Positions 33,703-44,326 of a stretch of DNA of 64,000 nucleotides are shown piece after piece. A program made the position numbers and the translations under genes. This stretch comes from a virus (Duplodnaviria; Caudoviricetes). The DNA lies in the IMG/VR virus record IMGVR_UViG_3300037400_002591, positions 1 through 64,000 of that record; one strand, given 5' to 3'. Position 1 is the stretch's first letter. Each line of letters opens with the position of its first letter. The notes below the pieces were generated by a model that was given only the letters and a program-made list of their open reading frames with translations, had not been told where the DNA came from and did not search any database.

Positions 33703-34155
33703 TTATTCCACCTCCAATATTTCTGTAAATCCTTCATCAAGAGTTGGTCTAGTTAAAGAATTAAACATATTTACAACAGCATCTTCAGGAACAAGTGCAC
33801 GACCAGTTCTTTGAGCATTTCTTTGTAATATGGTGTCAAGTGGTGTAGTAAAATATATACCAATAATTTCATTAGGTTTCTTTGTTAATCTACTAAATAG
33901 TTTATTGCGGGCTGCCGCATTTAAAGATGTTTGGTCAACATAAAAATCTTTATTATCTGCGATTGCCGCATTGATTTGTTTAATAAATTCATTATAGACT
34001 TCTTTTTCTTTTGAAAAATATTCATCTGTGTCTTTTAATAAACTAAATCTTATTTTATCTCTTGATATAACTATTTCATTTTCTTTCAAATGATTTTGAA
34101 TATAAGTGCTTTTTCCACAGCCTGGAGCACCAATTACCATATACATTTTACTCAT
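33703..34155 (-). CDS. P-loop kinase (AAA_33, PNK-like)
   Basis: GAPGCGKST, SRDKIR, R.A.R.GRALVP. Confidence 0.85.
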   Translation of the reverse strand: MSKMYMVIGAPGCGKSTYIQNHLKENEIVISRDKIRFSLLKDTDEYFSKEKEVYNEFIKQINAAIADNKDFYVDQTSLNAAARNKLFSRLTKKPNEIIGIYFTTPLDTILQRNAQRTGRALVPEDAVVNMFNSLTRPTLDEGFTEILEVE

Positions 34156-34525
34156 TAATATCAACCTCCTTAACTCTATGACCACAATCATTAGACCAGT
34201 TGCTATTCCAACATTTTCCATTTACATTAAATGGACAACTACTACAAGAGCAATCAAGTAAATCTTTAATAGCAATTCTATTGCCATCTACAAATCTACC
34301 TAAATTATATTCTTGTTTAAAATCTTCAATATCATATCCACCTATTTCGCGGATTTCCGCATGATTTACTTCTTGTTTACAATACATACAGTATAATTTT
34401 TTTAAATGTCCACCTTCTCTTTCTTGACCTTTCTTCCTTTGTACGGGAATTCCTTCTCGTCCACATTGTGTGCAGAAAAATCTACTTGGTGTCATATTAT
34501 AAAATTTTGCCATATTTTTCATCAT
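34148..34525 (-). CDS. Cys-rich hypothetical protein
   Basis: CTQC, HLKKLYCMYC, CSSCPF. Confidence 0.6.
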   Translation of the reverse strand: MMKNMAKFYNMTPSRFFCTQCGREGIPVQRKKGQEREGGHLKKLYCMYCKQEVNHAEIREIGGYDIEDFKQEYNLGRFVDGNRIAIKDLLDCSCSSCPFNVNGKCWNSNWSNDCGHRVKEVDINE

Positions 34526-34598
34526 CTCCTTTTCCCTTATATAAATATTATATCATAAAATAAAAAAATAATCAATAAGGGATTATTAATCTCCCTTA

Positions 34599-35810
34599 TT
34601 AATTATTTCCATATTTAGAAGTTAAATAGTAATTTGATACTGCTTTAAATGAATTTACTCCATCTGCAGTTCTTAATACTACACCTTCGCGGTAATCGCC
34701 ATCTATAACAGAATTTCCATCTGCATATGCTACCATTTCGTCTATTGAGTTTGGTAATTTAAAATGTTCATCTAAGATTGGAACGCAAGGTATATTATAA
34801 GTATTTGTTAATATTTCTGTCATTTCTCTTGGGTTTAATCTTTTTGTAGTGCCATCTTTGTAACCAAATATTAAGTTAAACGCTTTGAAGTCTACATTAT
34901 CCATATGATAATCTCTTTGTTGAACTGATTTTCCATATGTTTCTCCTTGTATTGTTACGAATTCAAATTCATTATGAGTTTCTAATATATTTTTTAATAC
35001 TTCTTCTGCATTATATTTTATTGCCATTTCAGTATATACATTAGTTTCATAAAATAATTTTTCTTCTTTTTCTGGTTTATCAAAGCATACATTTCTTGAA
35101 CATACATAGAATTCATATTTATTTCTTTTTAATCTTTTCATTGTAAAAGTTGTTGATGTTCCATCTACTTTTTCAGTTACAAACCATTCTGTGTCGTCTG
35201 GTGGGAATAATTGAGGTAAATTTTGTACTCTTTCTTCATCAGTTTTAACTACCCAGCTAGGCCAGAATGCTGCTTTTTTATCTCTTTTATTTCCTAAGAA
35301 TAAGAATAATAATTTTTTACCCCAAGTTCTAGCATATAACCATTGAACTAATTTATTAGTTTTAAATAATTTTGCGTGTCTTTGAGCCATTCTTTTATAT
35401 TTATCAACTGATGCTTTTCTTTTATTATCTTCAACAACAGAATATTTAACTCCTAATGTTTCAGTTAAGAAATCTCCAACTTCGTATGCATTAATATCCC
35501 AACCAAAATCTTCAAAAGACATTAATAACCCTTGAGAAATCATTAAACCTTTGCCACCAAAAGTATATTTTTGAGTTTTTACTTTATAATGTTTTGGTGC
35601 TAAAAATGCAAAAGTTTCTGTTTCAGGCACTTTACTATCTATTTCAAAATATACGGCTTTATCTCCAGCTTGGAAAGTTCCTTTTCTAGTCATAACTCTC
35701 CATCCACCGACTACTGCCGCCTCGCAATTATCAGAACCTACTATTGGTTCTATACGGTCTATATTAACTACATAACAAAGTTCACGTTGTTTTGTACGAG
35801 GGTTTATCAT
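34599..35810 (-). CDS. RNA ligase, DRB0094/Rnl5-type
   Basis: N-terminal OB-like (IEPI.GSD..E..GW..YFEIDS), TEKVDGTS motif I, QGE, FNL, EGVV, FKAVS. Confidence 0.88.
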   Translation of the reverse strand: MINPRTKQRELCYVVNIDRIEPIVGSDNCEAAVVGGWRVMTRKGTFQAGDKAVYFEIDSKVPETETFAFLAPKHYKVKTQKYTFGGKGLMISQGLLMSFEDFGWDINAYEVGDFLTETLGVKYSVVEDNKRKASVDKYKRMAQRHAKLFKTNKLVQWLYARTWGKKLLFLFLGNKRDKKAAFWPSWVVKTDEERVQNLPQLFPPDDTEWFVTEKVDGTSTTFTMKRLKRNKYEFYVCSRNVCFDKPEKEEKLFYETNVYTEMAIKYNAEEVLKNILETHNEFEFVTIQGETYGKSVQQRDYHMDNVDFKAFNLIFGYKDGTTKRLNPREMTEILTNTYNIPCVPILDEHFKLPNSIDEMVAYADGNSVIDGDYREGVVLRTADGVNSFKAVSNYYLTSKYGNN

Positions 35811-35828
35811 ATATTATCTCTCCTTTCA

Positions 35829-36605
35829 TTATTTTAATATTATATCCTCTATTTTTAAATTTTCTAATTGATAGTAAGGAATTCTAATAATAGGAATATT
35901 ATTTTCTTTACATCAATTATTTTTAAAATTATCATGTTCTTGTATATTCTCTAAGTTTTGTTCAAAAAAATTATTAATTTCAAAATGTTGCTTTCCATCA
36001 AATTCAATAATATATTCATTATTAACATAAAAATCAAATCTTGCCATTTTATTTGTATCAGGGAAACGACAATTATTAAATTGTTTTTCTCGTTCAAAAA
36101 ATATATTATTTTCTCTTAATAGTTGACTAATTTTTTCTTCTCCGAAAGATTTTATACACCCACAAGATTTCGTATCTCCTTTTGTTAAGGAATTTGTAGT
36201 AACATATGTAATATTACCGCAATCACATTGACACTTTCATACTACATTTTTATTTTTTCTTATGTTAGTTTGTTCTAATACTATTAGTTTACCAAATCTT
36301 TTTCCTATTAAATTTAATGAACTATTTTTAATTTGATTTTTCTTTTTAGAAGAATTTAATAAACCTAAACTAATATTATGTTTTTGCATTTCTGTTAATG
36401 GTTGTCTATTAAGATACTTTTCACATCCGCAAGATGTAGCTTTTTTTATTACCGATGCTCTAAATGATTTTATATTACCACAATCGCATTTACATTTTCA
36501 TCAAGCTTGTCTTTCATTTGGATGCTTTTTAGGTTCTTCATAATCTCTTTCTAATACTAGAAGTTTTCCAAATCTTTGATTAGTTAAATCAATAGCTTTT
36601 GCCAT
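35829..36605 (-). CDS. free-standing homing endonuclease (CxC repeats + Vsr-like domain; 4 TGA-Trp)
   Basis: DLTNQRFGKL..(W)KCKCDCG..SCGC twice; FDFY..IEFDGKQH..HD..IRIPY; missing from track. Confidence 0.88.
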
Positions 36606-36705
36606 TTTACCATCTCCTTCTAATATATATAAAAAATGATATATGTTAAATCTACAAAGTTGTCCTTGTTTTTGGATTTAACATATTTATTCTCCTTTCT
36701 AATTT

Positions 36706-37239
36706 TTATACAAAAGACCATTTTCTATTACAATATAATGTTTTTGTTAAAATTGCTTTATTTATTTTCTTTTTTATATTATCTCTATTTGGATTACTGC
36801 CATTTAAAACCATTGTTTTTATAACATAATCAATAGCATCTTCAATATTATTGAATAATAATTTTCCTGTCTTTATTTGCTTTTGATTATTTGTATCTAA
36901 CTGAATAAAATCTTTTTTTGCTCTTGTCTGATTAGTTTCAAATGTAGTCCATTCTAAATTAGATAATTCATTATTTCTTTTATTATGATTTAAATGGTCT
37001 ACTGTTAAATTATCCATTGACTCAAGAGGTTTATATGTCATTAATACTAATCTATGGGCAGCTTTTAAACCTTTCCAAGTATTTACTATACAATAACCAT
37101 TAGAGCCAATTAACATTTTAATATCTTTTTTATGCTTATCTTTAAATCTTCCTAATGAGGATACATAAATTTGATATTCTTCATTATATTTCCATCTTTC
37201 AACTTTAAATTTTATAGATGGCAATATTATCTTAAACAT
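36706..37239 (-). CDS. HNH endonuclease (NUMOD4-like N-terminus)
   Basis: YVSSLGR, AHRLV, VDHLNHNKRNNELSNLEW. Confidence 0.85.
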   Translation of the reverse strand: MFKIILPSIKFKVERWKYNEEYQIYVSSLGRFKDKHKKDIKMLIGSNGYCIVNTWKGLKAAHRLVLMTYKPLESMDNLTVDHLNHNKRNNELSNLEWTTFETNQTRAKKDFIQLDTNNQKQIKTGKLLFNNIEDAIDYVIKTMVLNGSNPNRDNIKKKINKAILTKTLYCNRKWSFV

Positions 37240-37294
37240 TTAAAATCAACTCCTTCATTAATTTTACATATTTATTATAATATAATTTATAAAA

Positions 37295-37963
37295 TTAATC
37301 AATTAAGGATTTTAAATTAGTTATATTATTAAAAGTTATATGTGTTCCTTTAACACCGCGGCTATCCACTGCTGCAACTCCATATTCTTTTAATTTATAA
37401 AATAATGTTCTAAAAACAGATGTTGATATATTGTATTGTTCTGTTGCTTGACTTACTTTTATATCTCCTTCATTAGAATTTTTAAAATTTTTTATTATTA
37501 ATTCTAATACTTTTAATTCTGTTTTTGTTAATATATTTATTAGTTCTTGTTCTTTTGAATTACTTTCAAAATTCATTTGAATTAAATTTTTAATAAGATT
37601 TTTAAGTTTTTTTATAACTACTTCATCATTATCTAAAAAAATTAATTTTAAATAAGTAAAAAAATCATTATCTATATATTGTATGTATTTAGGATTAACA
37701 ATTTTATATGGGGTTAATATAGTATCTAATAAAGAACTATCTTTATCAAGAGCTAGAGATATAATATTGCGGATGTCAATCAAATCATTATGTGATGTAA
37801 TATTATATAGTTCATCTTCAGTTGGTAAATAACATGCGGTTATTGGTCCACCAGGCATAGAATCTTGCTCATAGGCTGAATGACCGGCTGCCGCAATTCA
37901 AACTATTCTATCTTCACCATATTCTTTTACTAATTTATTATATTGTTCTTGTAAATTATTCAT
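37295..37963 (-). CDS. protein with C-terminal CodY-type winged HTH (1 TGA-Trp)
   Basis: KLKEYGVAAVDSRGVKGTHI resembles CodY [20 protein letters not shown]. Confidence 0.7.
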
Positions 37964-38651
37964 CTTTATTCTCCTTGAAATATTTAACTTGTAAAGTATC
38001 CAAATCTAATACCGCAATTTTATTAGAACTTGGTGTCCCCATATCTATATCAATTTTATGATTATTATAATATCTATAAATTTCAGGAATTATTTTATCT
38101 GGCTGTATAGTTTGAACAGGTGTATGCCCATGAACTATATACCAATATTTATATCTGTTATCCCATATTTTATTGCTTTTGATATGTTCTCTATCCCATA
38201 ATAATTTCTTATCATCGATTTCGTTAATAGCATCAATATCAATTCCCGCATGGCTTAAGAAAAAATTTTTCTTTTCTTTATTTATATATATATAATAATT
38301 TTTTGTTTTTTCTTTTAAATTCTGGATTAATTTATTTTGTTCTATTGGATTTAAGTTTTGATAATCTCGTAATGTTTTTAAACTTCCATTATAAGTAATT
38401 AATTCCATAGAAGTTATTAATGATTGTTCTATACCATCTTGTATATATTCTAATAACATTTGTTCGTGATTACCTAATATATATATAACTCTACTATCTT
38501 TAAACATTTCTTTTATTATTTTTATTCCATCAGGACCTCGATCGCATGCGTCTCCTAAGAAGATTAATGTATCTTTTGGTCCGTAGTAATTTTTGATAGC
38601 AGTCCATAAATTATAATTTCCATGTAAATCTGCAAAACAAACAGTTTTCAT
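37956..38651 (-). CDS. Ser/Thr protein phosphatase (PPP family)
   Basis: DLHG, GDACDRG, GNHE, HAG, HGHTP. Confidence 0.88.
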   Translation of the reverse strand: MKTVCFADLHGNYNLWTAIKNYYGPKDTLIFLGDACDRGPDGIKIIKEMFKDSRVIYILGNHEQMLLEYIQDGIEQSLITSMELITYNGSLKTLRDYQNLNPIEQNKLIQNLKEKTKNYYIYINKEKKNFFLSHAGIDIDAINEIDDKKLLWDREHIKSNKIWDNRYKYWYIVHGHTPVQTIQPDKIIPEIYRYYNNHKIDIDMGTPSSNKIAVLDLDTLQVKYFKENKDE

Positions 38652-38680
38652 ATTTACTACCTCCATTTCTATACACAATT

Positions 38681-38772
38681 ATTATATAATATTTTTTATT
38701 AAAAATCAACGATAAGATGGATAAATTTAGGTAAAAAATCTTATTGATTTTTATTTTATTTTTTTATATAAT
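38681..38772. promoter_or_regulatory. divergent sigmaA-type promoters at the strand switch
   Basis: Minus: TTGATT 38709-04, 17 nt, TATAAT 38686-81; plus: TTGATT 38744-49, 17 nt, TATAAT 38767-72. Confidence 0.8.
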
Positions 38773-38805
38773 ATAAATGTAAATAAAAGTTATGAGGTGA
38801 TTATT

Positions 38806-39486
38806 ATGATGTTAAATAAGTTTTTAAATGAATATGAAAATGAAATAAGAGAGATTTTAGATGCGTTACACGAGGGGTATTTTGATGAATTAGACCAATA
38901 TAGTTTTGATGATGATGTTTTATATCCTTTTAGAGATGCATATAAAAAACCTTTTAAAGCAGCAAATGGAGCAACAAAAGGAGTATTAATATTTCCTAAT
39001 TTTGGATTTGTTATTAAAATACCTTTTATCTATTGTGATGGTGATGAATTATGCGGAGCCCAAGATGGAGTGAATGCATGGGATTATTGTAGTCAAGAGG
39101 CTTGTAGATATGAAATGGCTGAAGAAGAAGGCTTTGGAGATATATTTTTAGAAACTGATTTGTTAGGCGAAGTTAATAATCATCCAATTTATATACAACC
39201 ATATGCAGATATCTTAGGCGGAATGGATTCAGACAATTATAATAGTAATCACTGTTCAAGTACAGATATAGATAGAACTCTTGTTAAAGAAATTAATAAT
39301 AATGAACATTATGATTGGTTAGATTCAAGTTGGGAAGCAGATTTATTAGTTCAATATGGTATAGAAATATTTAAAAGATTTAAAAAATATTTAAAAGATA
39401 ATTGGATTACCGATTTAAGAGATGCAAATATTGGATATGTTGGTAAAAAACCTGTGCTAGTTGACTATGCAGGATTTGATGATTAG
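38806..39486 (+). CDS. protein-kinase-like fold protein
   Basis: FVIKIP, DLRDANIG...VLVDY resemble catalytic-loop and DFG-region motifs. Confidence 0.5.
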   Translation: MMLNKFLNEYENEIREILDALHEGYFDELDQYSFDDDVLYPFRDAYKKPFKAANGATKGVLIFPNFGFVIKIPFIYCDGDELCGAQDGVNAWDYCSQEACRYEMAEEEGFGDIFLETDLLGEVNNHPIYIQPYADILGGMDSDNYNSNHCSSTDIDRTLVKEINNNEHYDWLDSSWEADLLVQYGIEIFKRFKKYLKDNWITDLRDANIGYVGKKPVLVDYAGFDD

Positions 39487-39498
39487 GAGGTGTAATAT

Positions 39499-39765
39499 AT
39501 GATAAGATTTGATAATCCTTTTGATATATCTAAAGATGGACAAAATCCACTTCTAGATGGTATAAGAATTCATATTAGAGCAAGTGCAGATAATAAGGAA
39601 AGAATAATTGAATATATTGAAAAATATGTTTCAATTACTGGAGATCCAAGTCCGTTTGATATATTAAAATGTGTAATGGAAAGTTTACAAATTTCAGATG
39701 CTGAACTTACTGTAAATGACGAACATGATATATTAGATTGGATTAGATTGCAGTTTCGAGGCTAA
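39499..39765 (+). CDS. hypothetical protein
   Basis: AGGAGG RBS. Confidence 0.6.
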   Translation: MIRFDNPFDISKDGQNPLLDGIRIHIRASADNKERIIEYIEKYVSITGDPSPFDILKCVMESLQISDAELTVNDEHDILDWIRLQFRG

Positions 39766-39776
39766 AAAGGAACTCG

Positions 39777-39805
39777 TTGATTTTTTTTAAAAATTTTGAT
39801 ATAAT
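39777..39805 (+). promoter_or_regulatory. sigmaA-type promoter (representative of many copies before genes on both strands)
   Basis: TTGATT-17-TATAAT; also TTGACT-17-TATAAT at 42242-42270. Confidence 0.75.
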
Positions 39806-39837
39806 TAAATTGTAAAAAATGAAAGGAGAAAAAGAAA

Positions 39838-40221
39838 ATGGAAGAAAAGAAGTTAACAAAGAAAGATTATTACAGTTTAATCAAGGATGTTCTTGAAGCA
39901 ACAGAAATCGAGGCTAAAGATGAACTATTAGCATTCGTAGAAAAACAAGTAGAAATGATTGAAAGCAAGGCAGAAAAAGCAAAAGCTAGAGCTGCTGAAA
40001 AGAGAGCTGTTGGAGATGAATTAAGAGAAGTAATTAAATCTGTATTAACTGATGAATTCCAAACTGCAGATGCAATCACTAGCCAAATTGATGGTGAAGA
40101 TGTTACAAGAGCAAAGGTTATTGCTAGACTTGGACAACTTGTTAAAAATGGTGAAGCTGAAAAGACAGATGTTAAAACTGATGATAATAGAACTGTAAAA
40201 GCATATCGTATTGCTGAATAA
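39838..40221 (+). CDS. hypothetical protein, likely HTH DNA-binding
   Basis: TADAIT...VIARLGQLVKNG. Confidence 0.65.
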   Translation: MEEKKLTKKDYYSLIKDVLEATEIEAKDELLAFVEKQVEMIESKAEKAKARAAEKRAVGDELREVIKSVLTDEFQTADAITSQIDGEDVTRAKVIARLGQLVKNGEAEKTDVKTDDNRTVKAYRIAE

Positions 40222-40225
40222 TAAT

Positions 40226-40251
40226 AGGGTGGCAACATACCACCCCTTTTT
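40226..40251 (+). terminator. intrinsic terminator
   Basis: GGGTGG/CCACCC hairpin + T run. Confidence 0.7.
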
Positions 40252-40274
40252 CCTATTAAGGAAAGGAGGATATA

Positions 40275-41081
40275 ATGAAATATTGTTTGAATTATAATAG
40301 AGATACTGAACGCGCTAATCATATACAAGATGCGGATGAATGAACTATCAAATATAATAGTAAAGATACTACTTTATTAGAGTTTTTAGATTTACATAAA
40401 GACAAAAGAATTAATATATATTTTGAAGAAGAAATTAAACAAGATTTTTTAGAAGAATTATGTAATAAATATTCTAATGTATATATTAAATTAAATTATC
40501 AATTATATGATAAGATTTTTGCGGATAAACAAAATGAGCCAAAAATTCGTTTCTTTTTTGATACACAAATCAGTGATGTTGATACTTTAAATGCTCTACT
40601 TAAATTAGGAGCAACTGATGTATATATTGTAGAAAATTTGTGTTTTGAATTAGATAAAATTTCTGAGCTAGTTCATTCATATAATGCAGCGATCAGGGTG
40701 TATCCAAATATAGCCCAATCTAAATGGGATGATACTCCCGCATTAAAGAAGTTTTTTATTAGACCAGAAGATATAGATGAATATGAAAAATATATTGATA
40801 CAATAGAATTTTACAATGTTGATAAACAAATTGACATATATTACAATATTTATAAAATAAAGAAACAATGGTTTGGTAAATTAAATGAAATTATATTAGA
40901 TTTTAATTCAGAGATAGATAATAAATATATAATTCCAAGATTTGCGGAGATGCGTATTAAATGTGGTAAAAACTGCTTTAAAGGAGGGCATTGCCGCCGC
41001 TGTGAAGTAATAGAAGAGCTTTCTAGTTCTCTTGAACAAAGCGAATTAGTTGTAAAAATTGATAAAAATAAAAATATATAA
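40275..41081 (+). CDS. possible U32 peptidase-family protein (1 TGA-Trp)
   Basis: FIRPEDI..Y...D.IEF and C-terminal CxxxC..CxxC; start extended through TGA. Confidence 0.5.
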
Positions 41082-41096
41082 TATAATAAATATATA

Positions 41097-41654
41097 ATGA
41101 AAGGGGAAATGGATATGAAAACTTTACCTAGTATTTTTGATTATGGAAAAAGACATAAGAATTTCCCTATTATATTTTTAGATTTTGATGGAGTTGTAAA
41201 TACTATATATTATCGTTTTTATGAACGAGATAATCAATATAAATTTAGGTATGCGAATTCTACAGATGGTTTTGTAAATAATGAGCAAGCTATTCAATGG
41301 TTAAATGAGTTATATAGAAATTATCCTTTTGATATAGTTATTACTTCGACATGGAGAACTCATTGTAATTATAGAAGAATATTATATAATAGTGGCTTGA
41401 ATATGAAAATTTCTATTCTTGGATGTACACCTAACATAAGTGGGGCAAAAAGAGGAGATGAAATTGCTCAATGGATTATAGATAATAAAGAAAGAGATGC
41501 AGATATTATTATTTTAGATGATGATACGGATATGAGTGTAATGAAATCAAATCTTGTGAAATGCGACCCGTATCTTGGATTTACAATTTATCAATATCAA
41601 GAATGTTTAGAAAGAATGAAACAATTTGAAGAATGGAGGATAAACAATGGCTAG
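41097..41654 (+). CDS. HAD-family phosphatase (Swiss-Army-knife RNA-repair-like)
   Basis: FLDFDGV, VITSTWR, RGDEI..W, IILDDD. Confidence 0.8.
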   Translation: MKGEMDMKTLPSIFDYGKRHKNFPIIFLDFDGVVNTIYYRFYERDNQYKFRYANSTDGFVNNEQAIQWLNELYRNYPFDIVITSTWRTHCNYRRILYNSGLNMKISILGCTPNISGAKRGDEIAQWIIDNKERDADIIILDDDTDMSVMKSNLVKCDPYLGFTIYQYQECLERMKQFEEWRINNG

Positions 41655-41952
41655 AGGAGCTGTAAGTAAAACTAAAGCTACTGAAATGATATTAAAAGCG
41701 TTTCCAGGTAGTTTTACATATGATAAAGAAATTAGAATTCCTTTCCAAGAAGATGGAGAAGAAATTCAATTAAAATGTGTTCTTACTTGTGCTAAGGTTA
41801 ATGTAGAACCAAATGGTGATGTTGCTATCCCAGGAGAGGTTCCTGCAGATATTAATTTTGAAGATAGTAAAACTATTGAACAAAAAGTAGTAGAACCTAC
41901 ACAAGAAGAAAAAGATAATGTTAAGAAATTAATGGAGACTTTTGGATTATAA
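41647..41952 (+). CDS. hypothetical protein
   Basis: Overlapping start/stop with upstream gene. Confidence 0.6.
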   Translation: MARGAVSKTKATEMILKAFPGSFTYDKEIRIPFQEDGEEIQLKCVLTCAKVNVEPNGDVAIPGEVPADINFEDSKTIEQKVVEPTQEEKDNVKKLMETFGL

Positions 41953-42050
41953 AATTTGGAACAATAGTATTTATCTTACTATTGTTTTTATTTGCTTTTT
42001 TATAAAAATTATTGTATAATTATATTGTAAATTAAAGGAGGAATTTTATT

Positions 42051-42239
42051 ATGGAAAAAGAAAAGATTTATATTCAAATTGAAGATGATGAAGAAGAAGT
42101 TATTAAACCTCCATATTGGTGGGTAGAATACATTGATGATTGTGGTTATAGACACTTGGCTACTGTTAAAGATGAAACATACCTTAAATATTTACAAACA
42201 AATTATTCAGTAATAAGTGTTAAGGTCATTGGCGAGTAA
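42051..42239 (+). CDS. hypothetical protein
   Basis: RBS AAGGAGG. Confidence 0.55.
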   Translation: MEKEKIYIQIEDDEEEVIKPPYWWVEYIDDCGYRHLATVKDETYLKYLQTNYSVISVKVIGE

Positions 42240-42317
42240 GATTGACTTTTTATAAAAATTTTGATATAATTATATTAAGTAAGAATGTCAAGATGTTTTA
42301 TTTAAGGAGGTCTTAGT

Positions 42318-42725
42318 ATGTTTAATGATAAAGATTTAGATATTTTAATAGATACTTTTTTCCCTTTAGATTGGGATAAAAAGAACTATAAATTTAATAG
42401 GGAAGAAAAAGATATGCATCCTTACACTATTAAATATAGTGAAAAAGAAATGTTTATTACTCACAATATCCTAGGTATTGATAAAAAAGATTTAAAAATC
42501 ACTAATGAAAGCGAAAATGGAAAAACTTTTATTTCTATAAAAGGAAAAACAAAAGACGCAATCACTGGTAAAGAGTATTCAATTGACTCTAGATTTTCTT
42601 TAAATGCTGATGAATTAGATTTATCAGGAATTAAAGCAACTGCAAAAAATGGTTTGTTATATATAACAATCCCTACAAAGAAAAAAGAATTAAAAAAAGA
42701 AAGTAAGAATATAGAAATCTTATAA
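42318..42725 (+). CDS. Hsp20/alpha-crystallin-like protein
   Basis: IKATAKNGLLYITIP..IEI C-terminus. Confidence 0.75.
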   Translation: MFNDKDLDILIDTFFPLDWDKKNYKFNREEKDMHPYTIKYSEKEMFITHNILGIDKKDLKITNESENGKTFISIKGKTKDAITGKEYSIDSRFSLNADELDLSGIKATAKNGLLYITIPTKKKELKKESKNIEIL

Positions 42726-42771
42726 TTATAAAAAACATATTGTTTTTTAATCTTGACTTCTTACTTCTTAT

Positions 42772-42846
42772 GCACCCATAGCCAAGTAGCTAAGGCAGAG
42801 GACTGCAACTCCTCGATCGTAGGTGCGAATCCTACTGGGTGCTCCA
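42772..42846 (+). tRNA. tRNA-Cys(GCA)
   Basis: Cloverleaf, GAGGA-CTGCAAC-TCCTC, U73, CCA. Confidence 0.92.
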
Positions 42847-42916
42847 TGTCAACATAAGGAAGCCTTCTCGTGGCGTTGATGTTTAAACTAATTCCTTAAT
42901 ATGTCTTTATTTTTAA

Positions 42917-42972
42917 AAGAAGTAGACAGCAAAAGACTGTATCTAATATAATCATTTGTGAACCGCTTCTTG
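42917..42972 (+). ncRNA. stem+ACAGCAA small RNA, copy 1
   Basis: AAGAAGT-AG-ACAGCAA...GCTTCTT-G. Confidence 0.55.
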
Positions 42973-43373
42973 TGTTTTATGAAAGATAAGGCTAAAGATA
43001 AAAAGAAGCTCTGAAGATAGAAAGGTCTATCATATTTATGATTTTTATTGAGGCTCCGTTAAGTGATTTCACACTTTGGATAGTTTATATATTCCTCAAC
43101 AATATATAGATTAGAAAGATGGTCGGAAAATCAATAGAAAAAGTAAATAAAATGCGGGGATCGCCGTCCGTCAGAATGGAATTTTATCTCTTATTGGAAG
43201 TAAAAATGAGAATAAAGAATGAGCTGCGGTAGCCTGCCTAGTGGCTACAACAATCTGGACATGCGGATTGAAGAGCGACGACCGCGCAATTAAATTATAT
43301 TAAAGAGGTAGTAAAAATTACCTTTATAGATAATAAAATAAGCCTCTTTTCTTAATTCTATGGGAGTGATAAT

Positions 43374-43730
43374 ATGAAAGTAGTAAAGTGGATACATCCA
43401 AATGAATTAGATGAACAAAAAGAAGTTTACTATTGCGGATTTGGACGTAGTTATATAAATAAATATATAAAAGCAGATTATGATGAAAATTATGAAGATG
43501 CTATAATAAAAGAATTAGTAGATAATCAATATATTATATGTGGTGATACTCATCAATATATGTGTTTGCCCGTTTTTGAAGATGATGAATATGTAATGTT
43601 ATCAATGAGAAAATGGGGAGAAGTTATGGCAAAAGCAATGAATTTGATTGAAGGTTTAAATAAATATCAATATACAGATTTTTATTTAGTAAGTCTATGT
43701 AAAAAAGAAGAAAAGTTGCCTATTAAGTAA
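43374..43730 (+). CDS. hypothetical protein
   Basis: ORF with RBS. Confidence 0.6.
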   Translation: MKVVKWIHPNELDEQKEVYYCGFGRSYINKYIKADYDENYEDAIIKELVDNQYIICGDTHQYMCLPVFEDDEYVMLSMRKWGEVMAKAMNLIEGLNKYQYTDFYLVSLCKKEEKLPIK

Positions 43731-43787
43731 TGCTATTGATTATTTTTAAAAAATATAATATAATATAAATGTAATAAAGAAAGGGAA

Positions 43788-44099
43788 GTGATATTAATGG
43801 AAGTTTTTTTAAGTATGAATAGATATATTTATAATAAATTATTAGAAGAATATCCTAATTGTATAGACATTAGAGAAAATGTTGAAAATTATGAATGGAT
43901 GGTAGAGCAAGATGGAAATAAATATATAGGATATTTTGATAATTTAGATACATTTGATAAAATGATTTCAAATATCTTTCCTAATATAAAATATATTGCA
44001 GAAATAAATCATAGTGATAAAGATATTGAAATTAAAAATATAGATTATTCAGCAGATATTCATGGAGATGGAACGATTGGAAAAAGGAGAGTGAATTAA
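43788..44099 (+). CDS. hypothetical protein
   Basis: ORF after promoter-like AT tract. Confidence 0.55.
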   Translation: MILMEVFLSMNRYIYNKLLEEYPNCIDIRENVENYEWMVEQDGNKYIGYFDNLDTFDKMISNIFPNIKYIAEINHSDKDIEIKNIDYSADIHGDGTIGKRRVN

Positions 44100-44101
44100 A
44101 A

Positions 44102-44320
44102 ATGGCTAAAAGAAAAGGTAAGTCAGGTAGCGGAGAAGGGCATTTTATAATTACCCAAGCAAACCTAGATAAAAAAGGAAAAACTAATAAGAAATTAAAA
44201 AGAAATCCTATGGCTTCTAAGTATTTAACTGTAAAAGGTAGAGAATTAAAAGACGCAGGAGAAGCAGCATATAAAGAAAATATGACTAAGCATAGAGAAA
44301 GAATGAAACAAGCCTCATAA
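44102..44320 (+). CDS. basic hypothetical protein
   Basis: ORF with GGAG RBS. Confidence 0.55.
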   Translation: MAKRKGKSGSGEGHFIITQANLDKKGKTNKKLKRNPMASKYLTVKGRELKDAGEAAYKENMTKHRERMKQAS

Positions 44321-44326
44321 TAGGAG

